Source: a virus. Taken from it: a stretch of DNA of 64,000 bases. The DNA lies in the IMG/VR virus record IMGVR_UViG_3300042987_000557, positions 6,502-70,501 of that record; one strand, written 5' to 3'. The number at the start of each line of letters is the position of its first letter. Position 1 is the stretch's first letter. Shown piece by piece: positions 44,901-53,487 of the stretch. The translations under genes were made by a program, and so were the position numbers. The notes below the pieces were generated by a model. It worked only from the letters and a program-made list of their open reading frames with translations. It had not been told where the DNA came from and made no database searches.

Positions 44901-47900
44901 ACTCCTTTGCCCCAAGGCATGCGCGTCTTTAACGCATTGTTTAGCGTACCAACCAACGTGTTCTTTACGTCTTCAGCAGTTCTCCAAGGCGACTTACCAC
45001 TGATAGGACCGCGAGCAGCACGAGGTCTTTTCTTACCCGCCACTATCGGTGGTTGACCGCCGGGAGGTGTTGGGGGTGGCTGGTTAAACGGCACACCTGT
45101 AGTTGGCGATACGCCCGGAGGCGAAGGCTTGGGGAACTGCGGTTGTTGCGGTTGTTGCGGTTGTTGTCCTGATGGCGGTCCAGCTAATGCTAAAGACTCG
45201 CCTTTAATACGTGCTACATTTTTTAGTTCTTTAATATCAGCGTTAAACAACTCATCAGAAACCTGCAAAATTTCAGAAAGCGCTGTATCAGCAGTATCAG
45301 GCAAATTTAGCAATTTGCGTATAGCAACTACAAACGCACCCCATAGAGACCTTTTCGTATTTTTATACGGTATGCTGTCTAAATACTTTTGCATTTCGGG
45401 CCATGTTAACGCCCAAGATATTATTTCATCGGGATCATCAAACGCATTGTTCCCGTTTTTTATAGCTTCTTGTTCTATCTCAGTTAACTGATCGAACGGT
45501 ACTGTCTTTTTTCTGTTGTTTATGTGGGTTATTATCGCCCCATATACATCATAAAGAGCTTTTACTGACCTATGCAAATCTGTATTTTGCAGATCAACGT
45601 TATTGATTGATTTTAGTCGGCCTAATCTAATAGTGGACATCATAGCGGCATGAATGAGTTCATGCAGGGCTACATAAAAAGCCACACCAGATCTGCCTGT
45701 TACATCAGAGCCATTTATATATACGTTAGTAGTACCTTTGTTTACACCACCAAACATGGTGTGTGTATAACCTCTACCTGAATAAGCAAACCCTGGCGGA
45801 ACCATATCCCCGAGATGCACAATTTTAAAACCAAAAGTTACACCAGCTCTTTGCATTTGGCGTAGCTTGCGTGTAGCTGCTCTGGCTATCATCCTATAAG
45901 CAGCGTTAGGTCCGTTATTGGTTAACCAGTCCCCGACTTGAATTAGCGTTTTGTTCTCAAGATTACTTTCTATAAGCGCCGCTTCAGCAGGATCAGGTTC
46001 ATACTTAGACGATGCGGCTTGTGCGGCTTGTGCGGCTTGTGCGGACTTTACTCCTACAGCAGACTTAACCGGAGTTCCCCTACCGAGAGCATAAATATCA
46101 CTAGGGTAAGAAAATAGTTTTTCTGGGTCTACCGTATATGCCTCAGAAGCCATAGGCCCGACATCCACAACCTGCCTAGCCACAAGAACTTCACCCGGAC
46201 CAAGAAATCTAGCGCGACGATCAAACTCTACTTTGTCGAATGTGCGCGAGCCGTTGCTATTTACAGTTACGGGGAACTCAATTAATTTATCTGCTTTGAC
46301 GTAGATCGGAACAATTGATCCAGGTATACCGTGAAATTCATCAGGCATACCGTAGGTAGCAGAAACATTTGGGCTATCTGATGCAAATACGTTATACCCT
46401 TCTCGGGGTTCGGCATTAAGTGCGCCTTCTGCATTGCCACGAATTCCCCGATATAAAACTAACGGGTTACCGTCCTTGTCAACTATTTTGCTATCACCAA
46501 ACCATTGTCTAAGCGTTTCTGGGGATTCAACCGCAGTAATAGGAGCAAAATCTGATTCGTTAGCATCGTTAGCACCGCTAACAATTGACTGATAACTTTC
46601 TAAATTTTTAGCTAGTAGGTGCTCACTCTTATAAGAACCGTCGGCTTTGGCTAGGCTATCTAAAGCGCGTATAAGTGGAGCGTTAGAAGGCAGCGCAAAC
46701 AACTCCTTAGCTTTTTCTACAAGTTCGCTAAGCCATTGCTTGATCCGAGCTATTACAGAGAATGTGCCACCGTATCTGCCCTTTACGATTTCGGTAGCAT
46801 TAACCGCCCAAAACTCAGAGGGGTTTATGTACTGGTACATTTGATACGGTATTTGCCCCTTGCTGACCATCTCCATAGCTTGTTTTAAGGCTTGGGCATC
46901 TCCCCCGCCCATCTCATGCTTATGGATCAATGCTAAATATCTGCGTTCAGCATCAGGGATATTGCGTTTTAACCTATCAACCAATGACGTTAGCCACATC
47001 TTTCTTATTGCGGATTGAGCTTCTTCTGGCATCAACCGCTCAAGATGGTGCAATATTTCGTGAATAATAGTCGTGTCTTTTACACTACCGACAAACAAAC
47101 GCACGATTCGTGGTAGCGGTAAATAGACTCCAGCCGCGCCAGCAAACGGGCCTTCTTTTTTAGCCTGCTGTATGGATATAGCAAGATCGTTTATTAGGCT
47201 TGGGTTTTGGCTTATAAACCATTCAGCAAGTTCTACGCCTACTCGTGGCAGTTCTCCAAGACGTAAAGCACGCAGCATACGTTCACGGAAGTTGTACTGC
47301 CCACGTACAAGATCAGTAGCCTCTTTGTCTTGTTTGGTTTCTTCGTATATGCGATTTACTTCTTCAGCATATTGCTCAGCGGTAATCTTACCGGCCTTTA
47401 ACTGTTTATAATATTTTGCTACGGCTCTACGCAACGAAGGGTTAGTAACGAGCACGTTACCTATATACTCACCTTGGGAGTTATATGCCCCACCAACATT
47501 ATCGATGTAGGCTCGTTTCTTAGACGTACCTGATTGAAACTCATCGCCGCCGAGCAATATCTCTACGATATCTAGCAAACCTTCTTCACGCTGTGCTTCG
47601 ATTTTTTCGCGCAAATCAAGTTGTGCGTTTTTAAGATCTTTTTCTAAAGCATCAAGTTTATTCTCTAGCGCCTCAATGCTGCCATCTTCAGTTGCCGCAG
47701 CTAATTCAGCTTCGGTTTCAGCTATGCTTTCTTTTATAGCAGCTACACGGTCTTGAAGGTCTTTCGTTGTAACCTCTTCAACCTTTATAGGCTCTTTAGG
47801 GGTTAGCCTAAGTTCTTCATCATAAAGCTGGTTAATGCGTTCCGTTAAGGCATCGTATTTTCTACGGGCAGGTGAACGCACAGCAGGGGGTTTACCTGTG

Positions 47901-50521
47901 GATGTACGTAGCGTTTGTTGCTCAGCTAGTAGTGCATCCCTTTCTTGTTTAACCTGTTCAATAGTACGTTTGCCTGTGGCTAACTCTTGTAGTTTTGCTT
48001 GGGCTAACGCTATATCGTTCTGTAGGCTATCAATAGACTTTTGAAGTTTATCTTGAGAGAAAGTTTTATATTGCCTGTCCTGTGCTAGACGTTGCGCTAC
48101 TACGTTATACCCACCAGCATAAAGTTTGGTAAGCAGATCGTTTAAATCAACCACATTTTGAGGCGCACCCGATTTACGACCGGCATTGTCAGGCGAAAAA
48201 CCTGCCGCACGTATACGCTCAAACAATTGCCCAATCAGATCGTTTACTGTATTAAGCACCCCCGACGCAGGGCCACTGTTTTTAATTTCGTTACTATACT
48301 GCCGCAGTAATGCAGCTTCCTTTGCTGAAGTAGTACGGAACGTATCAGCCAGCGTACCTTTTAACTTTGACTCAGTAGTTGCTGGAGCTTCAAAAGCTTG
48401 CAGTTTTTGAGTAATAAAATCGACAGACTTTTGATCGCTTTTAACCTTACCCCGCAGTGGACCTTGCAGTCTGTTTAATATACCTTCACCAAAAGCTACA
48501 GCCTGTGGGTTTGGTAGGGCTATAAGGCGTTGCGCTAAGTCATACTCTTGCTGTTCAAACTCATTAAAAGGTTGCGCGACTTCAGTAGGAGGAGCTTCAG
48601 CAGGTTTTTTAGCGGCTCTTTCAGTGCGGTCGGCTTTAGCCCACTGCCCCATAAGCGTATCAATCTGTTCGCCAAGTGCGTCGTATTTAGCACGGGCTTT
48701 ACTTTTGACAGCAGGGACTCTGCCGTTCTTCGTTAGCAAAGCTAGTCTTTGCTGCTCAAGGTCTCTTATTTCGTCTTGTAGTTGATCGGCAGTTTTGGCG
48801 GCAGGGGTAGGGGCACCTGCCACTTCTGTTCCTTCAGCAGGCGCTGCTGCTCCCTCTTCTTTTGCTTGCTGGGCTTCGGTGGCTTCAGTGGCACTGGGGG
48901 TTTCCTCTTCCTTTAATCTACGTGCGTCGTTAACAATTTCACGCACAATATCAACATCATCTTGGGTGTATGTTGCGTTGGGGTCTACGAATAATGTACG
49001 GAACTCACCCGCAGCTACAGGATCAATCGTTGCGTATTCGTCGAGTAGAGTATCGATTTCCTTGCGTACATCTAATGCAGGAGGCGGTGCTCCCTCTCCC
49101 TGTACAGGCTCCACAGCAGGAACCGAAGGCACTCCCACTGAAGGTGGCTCAGCTCCTGCAACTCCTTCGGGGGCAAGTGTTCGTTCGGGTCTTCCAGAAA
49201 TTGGAATGCCCTCTCCACTAATCGTAGGGGAAGGTCGTTGACTAGGTGGTATGGTGACATCGCGTTCTCCTGCACCAATCTTTGGTATGGCTTTCCGTGC
49301 TTCACTAGCAACAAATGAAGCACCCCCAAGAGTGCCCGTTTGAAGTATTGTTTGTATAACAGTATCCGCTAACTGCTTAACAAGATCAGTCGCGGTAGCA
49401 TCGGGGGTAAGACCTATACCGGGGGTTGTTTCAACACCAAACTGTGCTGTCGTAGTCGCCATTTCTGCGGGGACTTCTTTGGCTATAGCTTTACCAAAAT
49501 ATTCCGCTAGCTTGCTAGTAGGCACACCTTTAGCAGCGGCACGTATACCTGCTAAAGTTTCCCCTAGACCATACCGTTCAAACACAACTTCTGCTGCGGC
49601 CATTAGCCCAGCGCGAGCAGCAGCCTCTTGAGGACTAAGTTCTGCACGCTTACCTGCGGAATATTCTTGTCCAAATACAAGATTACCCATGTACATTAAT
49701 GCAGGTGCTGAACCCCCCAATACCCCAAGCACTAACCCCGGTGCTTGTTGGACAATTGAGTTAACCGCACCTTCAAACCCAGCCGCTAACGTAGAACCTT
49801 TAGGGTCGCCTAGCTGTTTTAAAAAGGTGTCGGATTGACGCCCTATACGTTCATAGTATTTAGAAGCTTCTGTATCTCCAGTTAAATCAGTTACTGCCTC
49901 CGCAGCCCCCGCAAATCCTTGCTTGATGCCAGTAACGCCACGAACGCCAGCCCTAGCAAGAAGTCCTTCTGTAGCTAATAGCTTGCGTGTCTCTATAGCT
50001 TCAGTTGTTTCAGGTGGGGTCTCTTGAGCAACCGCTAAAGGCGTAGGTGGTAGCCCTAGCTCCATCTCCTGTTGCGCTCTGAGCTGTGCAACTTGGTAAT
50101 CGGCACCTCGCCGTATAAGTTCTTCAGCTCTTGCTTCTCGTCTAGGGTCTAATGATTTAGTTGAAGGTGCAGCAGGCTTAAACCGACGGTACTCTTCATC
50201 AATAGCGCGAGCTACGCTACCAACATAGTCGTCACGCCCCATTAGTTCAAGCCGAGCTTCTGGCGTAGAAATGTCGTACAGACTACGAATTTTGTCGTAT
50301 TCACCTCGGCTAACAGGAGCGCCCATCGCTTGAATCAACGGTGTCGGCTCAGCTTTGTAACCCTCCATTACCGAACGTTTTCGCTTCGGGCCTTCTGTCG
50401 GTGCAGTCGGTGCAAACGCCGACTCCATGCCAGTGATAGGTTCAGGTTGAGCAAAAGACTCCAAAGGTACAAACGTGTACTTTTGCTCTTCTTCCTCTAA
50501 AGGTACGAACCTATATTTCAT
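41966..50521 (-). CDS. Giant internal virion / ejection protein (2851 aa, polyvalent)
   Basis: Last late gene; two HExxH motifs (HEILH, HELIH), WFGDSKIVDKDGNPLVLYRG (ART-PolyVal-like), YFPLRRFGEY (PLxRFG), hydrophobic C-terminal helices. Confidence 0.8.
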   Translation of the reverse strand: MKYRFVPLEEEEQKYTFVPLESFAQPEPITGMESAFAPTAPTEGPKRKRSVMEGYKAEPTPLIQAMGAPVSRGEYDKIRSLYDISTPEARLELMGRDDYVGSVARAIDEEYRRFKPAAPSTKSLDPRREARAEELIRRGADYQVAQLRAQQEMELGLPPTPLAVAQETPPETTEAIETRKLLATEGLLARAGVRGVTGIKQGFAGAAEAVTDLTGDTEASKYYERIGRQSDTFLKQLGDPKGSTLAAGFEGAVNSIVQQAPGLVLGVLGGSAPALMYMGNLVFGQEYSAGKRAELSPQEAAARAGLMAAAEVVFERYGLGETLAGIRAAAKGVPTSKLAEYFGKAIAKEVPAEMATTTAQFGVETTPGIGLTPDATATDLVKQLADTVIQTILQTGTLGGASFVASEARKAIPKIGAGERDVTIPPSQRPSPTISGEGIPISGRPERTLAPEGVAGAEPPSVGVPSVPAVEPVQGEGAPPPALDVRKEIDTLLDEYATIDPVAAGEFRTLFVDPNATYTQDDVDIVREIVNDARRLKEEETPSATEATEAQQAKEEGAAAPAEGTEVAGAPTPAAKTADQLQDEIRDLEQQRLALLTKNGRVPAVKSKARAKYDALGEQIDTLMGQWAKADRTERAAKKPAEAPPTEVAQPFNEFEQQEYDLAQRLIALPNPQAVAFGEGILNRLQGPLRGKVKSDQKSVDFITQKLQAFEAPATTESKLKGTLADTFRTTSAKEAALLRQYSNEIKNSGPASGVLNTVNDLIGQLFERIRAAGFSPDNAGRKSGAPQNVVDLNDLLTKLYAGGYNVVAQRLAQDRQYKTFSQDKLQKSIDSLQNDIALAQAKLQELATGKRTIEQVKQERDALLAEQQTLRTSTGKPPAVRSPARRKYDALTERINQLYDEELRLTPKEPIKVEEVTTKDLQDRVAAIKESIAETEAELAAATEDGSIEALENKLDALEKDLKNAQLDLREKIEAQREEGLLDIVEILLGGDEFQSGTSKKRAYIDNVGGAYNSQGEYIGNVLVTNPSLRRAVAKYYKQLKAGKITAEQYAEEVNRIYEETKQDKEATDLVRGQYNFRERMLRALRLGELPRVGVELAEWFISQNPSLINDLAISIQQAKKEGPFAGAAGVYLPLPRIVRLFVGSVKDTTIIHEILHHLERLMPEEAQSAIRKMWLTSLVDRLKRNIPDAERRYLALIHKHEMGGGDAQALKQAMEMVSKGQIPYQMYQYINPSEFWAVNATEIVKGRYGGTFSVIARIKQWLSELVEKAKELFALPSNAPLIRALDSLAKADGSYKSEHLLAKNLESYQSIVSGANDANESDFAPITAVESPETLRQWFGDSKIVDKDGNPLVLYRGIRGNAEGALNAEPREGYNVFASDSPNVSATYGMPDEFHGIPGSIVPIYVKADKLIEFPVTVNSNGSRTFDKVEFDRRARFLGPGEVLVARQVVDVGPMASEAYTVDPEKLFSYPSDIYALGRGTPVKSAVGVKSAQAAQAAQAASSKYEPDPAEAALIESNLENKTLIQVGDWLTNNGPNAAYRMIARAATRKLRQMQRAGVTFGFKIVHLGDMVPPGFAYSGRGYTHTMFGGVNKGTTNVYINGSDVTGRSGVAFYVALHELIHAAMMSTIRLGRLKSINNVDLQNTDLHRSVKALYDVYGAIITHINNRKKTVPFDQLTEIEQEAIKNGNNAFDDPDEIISWALTWPEMQKYLDSIPYKNTKRSLWGAFVVAIRKLLNLPDTADTALSEILQVSDELFNADIKELKNVARIKGESLALAGPPSGQQPQQPQQPQFPKPSPPGVSPTTGVPFNQPPPTPPGGQPPIVAGKKRPRAARGPISGKSPWRTAEDVKNTLVGTLNNALKTRMPWGKGVGNLVPSLWNSANNKLRRAFLFSATLRQLADVTRYKFPQLLAAINIVDNMTSFRLSKLGEAQIIAKDWLDAQNKKPEQSTLTGKIMLDATINGKDPDKGPTGLAKLDAAWASLDPEFQDIYRRVRDYFHNNLKEMIREMKKRVIHLPKAERQAALRKINEQFGPDKLIYPYFPLRRFGEYWFQVGKGNFKEFYEFESEVTRELSRLARIDELKKGNAQQRALAETVRHGAGISELYSKNLASTQILQDVQDLIDSIVPPTGATSTKTAQEVRKELQDSLNQLIYIMLPQQSMRKMFINRNAVQGASGDMLRVFTDVAVHSAYQMARFKYGETFINNINRAREYVAGAFKSDTAAVYDDFIKELEARTKTVLSAEDKSFLAKAAGTAGTFVFFSMLSSPFTALLNTLGFAVFTGSKLGGKYGYTEASEVMLKNMGRYWQTAPGRMLKPAAKGLMFQMQFPSIVEGGKLSPLLQRAADRFIAEGQINVSLTNDIFDLTERPSELYTTRYNILKKILGGLFHQSERANREVALMSAFELEYNRLLNSPKRDTLGAIERDANGNPVTYTPDEAFEEAIQEAKQIAGLTLGDFSRQMKSRLFSNVPLSVLLKFKQYAFMATYNYLRALQLSVSPLFDKKELDDIRDRLVQEKIPQAEIDQRMKDIKQFRRDIAKQSGKELLGILGVTFLFGGVEAMPFFWILLPAMFLMLASDDDKEDEELSYLNWFRNWADERLGGMSFARGPVSQLIGGSLSERVSLDPLSMFYRDGRYSPDVVEGLIQDVIANAGPVVGLAMNWAEAAKLFGEGQYSRAWEKILPALFAKPLQAYRYGTEGATTRSGEEQLAAEKFSEWMLVMQAVGLQPEELALKQKSVIQAKEYEQKVLAKETGLLNRLWLERNNDKGFDAALDRALQFYEKYPDMLPEDGDFSEKLMTSFEVRAEQIAEAEAYGARIDKRLRERLAPMLEYGQPKSKEPEYRFVPLK

Positions 50522-52353
50522 CGCTGCATATAACCTTTTAAAGCCCCATCAGCGCCATAAACTTCCCACCCTTTATCTGGAACATATGCACCTAATTTAG
50601 TATTGGCAGGTAGGTTAGTAGGTTTGGGAGGCGTAACGGCAGGTTTCTCTGATGACGCAGAAGCTAAAATTTTAGGTAAATCTTTATCAACTTTTTGTGT
50701 AAGATACTGTTCAGCCTCGGCAGTTTTCCCCTGCTTTATAAGATCCTTATACTTTCTATCCATCAGGCGTATTCTATTTTCAAGCTTACTTCTTTTGTCT
50801 TCCCTTTCAGTATCAGCACGAGAAGCAGCAGCCCCAGCGATCATCTCTCTCGGCGCTGCTTGACGCATCTGCCTCTGCGTCTTATCACTAGCCATAACCA
50901 TAAGCTCAGTGTCGGACTTGTCAGCGTACTCAGGATCACCTGCATCTCTTAGCCGTTTAAATTCAGCATAATTTGTATCGGTAGCACGCGCATACTCAGA
51001 ACGACGGTCGCCGCCATACGCCGCAGTTGTACGCTCAACTTGCTCAAGACTTCCCAATGTAGAAGCAATCTGTCGTAGGTTCTGTCCAGCTTGTTGCGCC
51101 TTTTCACGTAAGCTACCGTACTCGCCGTTTACAAGCGAGTTAAACGTAGAGGCACGACGATCAAGCACTTTCTGCTCAGCAGCTTCTTTGCGAGCCAAGG
51201 CATCGCGGTACGCAGCTTCGGTCTTGTCAGATCTCTGCAAAGCATCCTGATTAGCTGCACGCTCAAGCGCCTGCTGCTCTTTCTTAAGCTGCATGCTTAG
51301 TTTCTGGATCTCGCGGATATCTTTACCAAACTCTTGTGCCGCTTCGCTACCACCTTTACCTATGTTGACGAAGGCATAAGGTGACGTACCACCAAGGATG
51401 TTAAGACCTGCTTTGAGTATCGCCATATCAGCAGCTTCTTTACGCTGCGTTTTTAGCCCTTCACGTTCAGTCTCATACTCTGCCTTTTGCGTAGCTGTCA
51501 GGTTCGGGTCATAACCAAACTTTTTAGCAGCTTCTAACTGTTCAGTAGCAATCTTATCCCTATCAGGCGCTTCTATATTAACATCTGGATACATCTCTTT
51601 AGCTTGAGTTCGCAAAGCTGCGTAGTCTGGCTTTGAAATATCTATCGGTTGGTTTAGTTGCTGTAATGCGTTTTGGAGGCTTATACCCGGTCCGCGCACA
51701 CCTTCTCCCGTAGCGGGAGGCGTCGCTGTCGGCGTAGCGGCAGGTAAAGCGGCGGGTGCAGCCGTCTTACCACTAGCAGCGTTTAATGCAGCTTGAATTT
51801 CCGCAATCTTTTCTGGACGTTCGCCATTAGCTATCGCAGACTGCAACAACCTTTGCAGTAAAAATACTTCTGTGGGTGCTTGTACGGGGTTACCTGTCTG
51901 AAACCGCTGCACATCACCGCCACCAGCAAATGCAATCATGCCGCCATCAGCATAGTCAAACATGTTGTCAGGCACGGGTAGGCCGGAGATGCCACGCTCC
52001 ATCGCAGGTGACGGCACTTGGTTATTACTAATAGCAACTTGACCGCCGTAGGCCATACGTGTTGGGGGTTGTTGCGGCGCGGCTTGGGGGGCCATAGCAG
52101 ACATGCCCATCGGTTGTGGAGGCGGTGCCATCCCAACATCCTGAGCTACGGTAGAACCGGACGGTGGTTGAGTGTTTGCAGCAACAATCCGTTGGATCGT
52201 CATCATTGCCATAAGCGCCGTCGTGGGGTCAATCTTTCCCGCAGCAGCGTCCATCTTTAGGCGTTGCACGTTAGATCCATAGGTAGCAACAATATCGCCA
52301 ACCGTACGATCTGCGGTCCTATTAACGGCTTTTTCTAGTGTCCGAAGGCTCAT
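50518..52353 (-). CDS. Putative internal virion / ejection protein
   Basis: 611 aa, A/Q/E-rich helical; YADGGMIAFAGGG motif; upstream of the giant protein. Confidence 0.65.
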   Translation of the reverse strand: MSLRTLEKAVNRTADRTVGDIVATYGSNVQRLKMDAAAGKIDPTTALMAMMTIQRIVAANTQPPSGSTVAQDVGMAPPPQPMGMSAMAPQAAPQQPPTRMAYGGQVAISNNQVPSPAMERGISGLPVPDNMFDYADGGMIAFAGGGDVQRFQTGNPVQAPTEVFLLQRLLQSAIANGERPEKIAEIQAALNAASGKTAAPAALPAATPTATPPATGEGVRGPGISLQNALQQLNQPIDISKPDYAALRTQAKEMYPDVNIEAPDRDKIATEQLEAAKKFGYDPNLTATQKAEYETEREGLKTQRKEAADMAILKAGLNILGGTSPYAFVNIGKGGSEAAQEFGKDIREIQKLSMQLKKEQQALERAANQDALQRSDKTEAAYRDALARKEAAEQKVLDRRASTFNSLVNGEYGSLREKAQQAGQNLRQIASTLGSLEQVERTTAAYGGDRRSEYARATDTNYAEFKRLRDAGDPEYADKSDTELMVMASDKTQRQMRQAAPREMIAGAAASRADTEREDKRSKLENRIRLMDRKYKDLIKQGKTAEAEQYLTQKVDKDLPKILASASSEKPAVTPPKPTNLPANTKLGAYVPDKGWEVYGADGALKGYMQR

Positions 52354-53477
52354 TTAGCACCCCCGCCAAGCATGTTATACAGCCCAATCCCTGTCAAGCC
52401 CAAGCCAGTCAATTGACTAGCAAAGCTCGGTGGGGGCGTTGTCGTTGTCTGCGTTGCCGCACTCAGTGGTATACCACGCAGTAGGTTAGAAAGTTGACCA
52501 ACTTGTGTCTGCCCGTACTGTGCTTGGTCGATAAGTGACTGTCTCTGGGCATCCATCTGCTGCTGTTGAAGCGCACGCTGTAAGTCACCAAAGGCACCCT
52601 GCGTTTTAAGTACGTCAAGCTGACCTGCAAGTTGTTGTGTGCCAAGCTGACCAAACGTACCTGCCAACCCACCAAGTCCTTGAGCTGCACCCATCCTAGT
52701 CTGTGCGGCCTGCTGCTGCGCTGCCTGATTAGCAAGTTGCGCCTGTAGAGACTGACCAGCACCAAGTTGTTGAACACCAAGTGCAGCTTGTAAGTTCTGT
52801 CCACCAACACCCATCTGTGCCGCACGATCTCGCTCAAACTGGGCTTGAGCGTTTTCAAACGCAGACTGTAGACCTCTAGCCTGAATATCCCCAAGTTGTG
52901 ATTGCAGTCCAGACTCACGTTGGCCTTGGAGTAATGTTTGTCGCGCACCCCCATAAGTGCCTTGACGCGCCGCAGCAAGATTTTGTCCTAACTGTGCTTC
53001 TTTAGCTGCTTTGATTGCTGCCGCTTGCTGTCGATCAACCACCGACTGCATGTAAGGTGACATGTACTGTTTGGCAATATCGCTCGAAAACGTTTGCGGC
53101 CCAGCCATCTGATACGTTGTTAGGTCAGGCGCGGCAACACCTTGTGCTTGAAACCCTTGCAGCCCTTGCAGACCAGCAGCGGCAGCTTGCCCCGCCTGTA
53201 CTCCCAACCCGTACTGGTCAGGTATACCCATCTGGCTAACAGTCTGTCCGACTTGCTTTTGGAGTGGAGAAAGCCCCGCAACAGAGCCAGCACCCATTAA
53301 CCCCGCTTCAAATACAGGAGCGTACTGTGCAAGGTAGGCTTCTTGTCCTGAATACCCACCAGGATAAATAGCACCAATGCCCCTTGCAATTAACCCCGTG
53401 TCTGGCGTTGTGTAAAACGGCTCAAGGACTTTGGGAATATCTGGGGATATATTTTGGACTGTAGATGTAGTAGACAT
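52350..53477 (-). CDS. Putative internal virion / DNA pilot-like protein
   Basis: 375 aa, Q/A/G-rich; YMSPYMQSVV and GTYGGARQ; hydrophobic Gly-rich C-terminus. Confidence 0.65.
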   Translation of the reverse strand: MSTTSTVQNISPDIPKVLEPFYTTPDTGLIARGIGAIYPGGYSGQEAYLAQYAPVFEAGLMGAGSVAGLSPLQKQVGQTVSQMGIPDQYGLGVQAGQAAAAGLQGLQGFQAQGVAAPDLTTYQMAGPQTFSSDIAKQYMSPYMQSVVDRQQAAAIKAAKEAQLGQNLAAARQGTYGGARQTLLQGQRESGLQSQLGDIQARGLQSAFENAQAQFERDRAAQMGVGGQNLQAALGVQQLGAGQSLQAQLANQAAQQQAAQTRMGAAQGLGGLAGTFGQLGTQQLAGQLDVLKTQGAFGDLQRALQQQQMDAQRQSLIDQAQYGQTQVGQLSNLLRGIPLSAATQTTTTPPPSFASQLTGLGLTGIGLYNMLGGGAK

Positions 53478-53487
53478 AATGCGTTCC

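Noticed and set aside
46012-46044. (TGCGGCTTG)x3 repeat
   Set aside because: Short coding AQA linker repeat in the giant protein.
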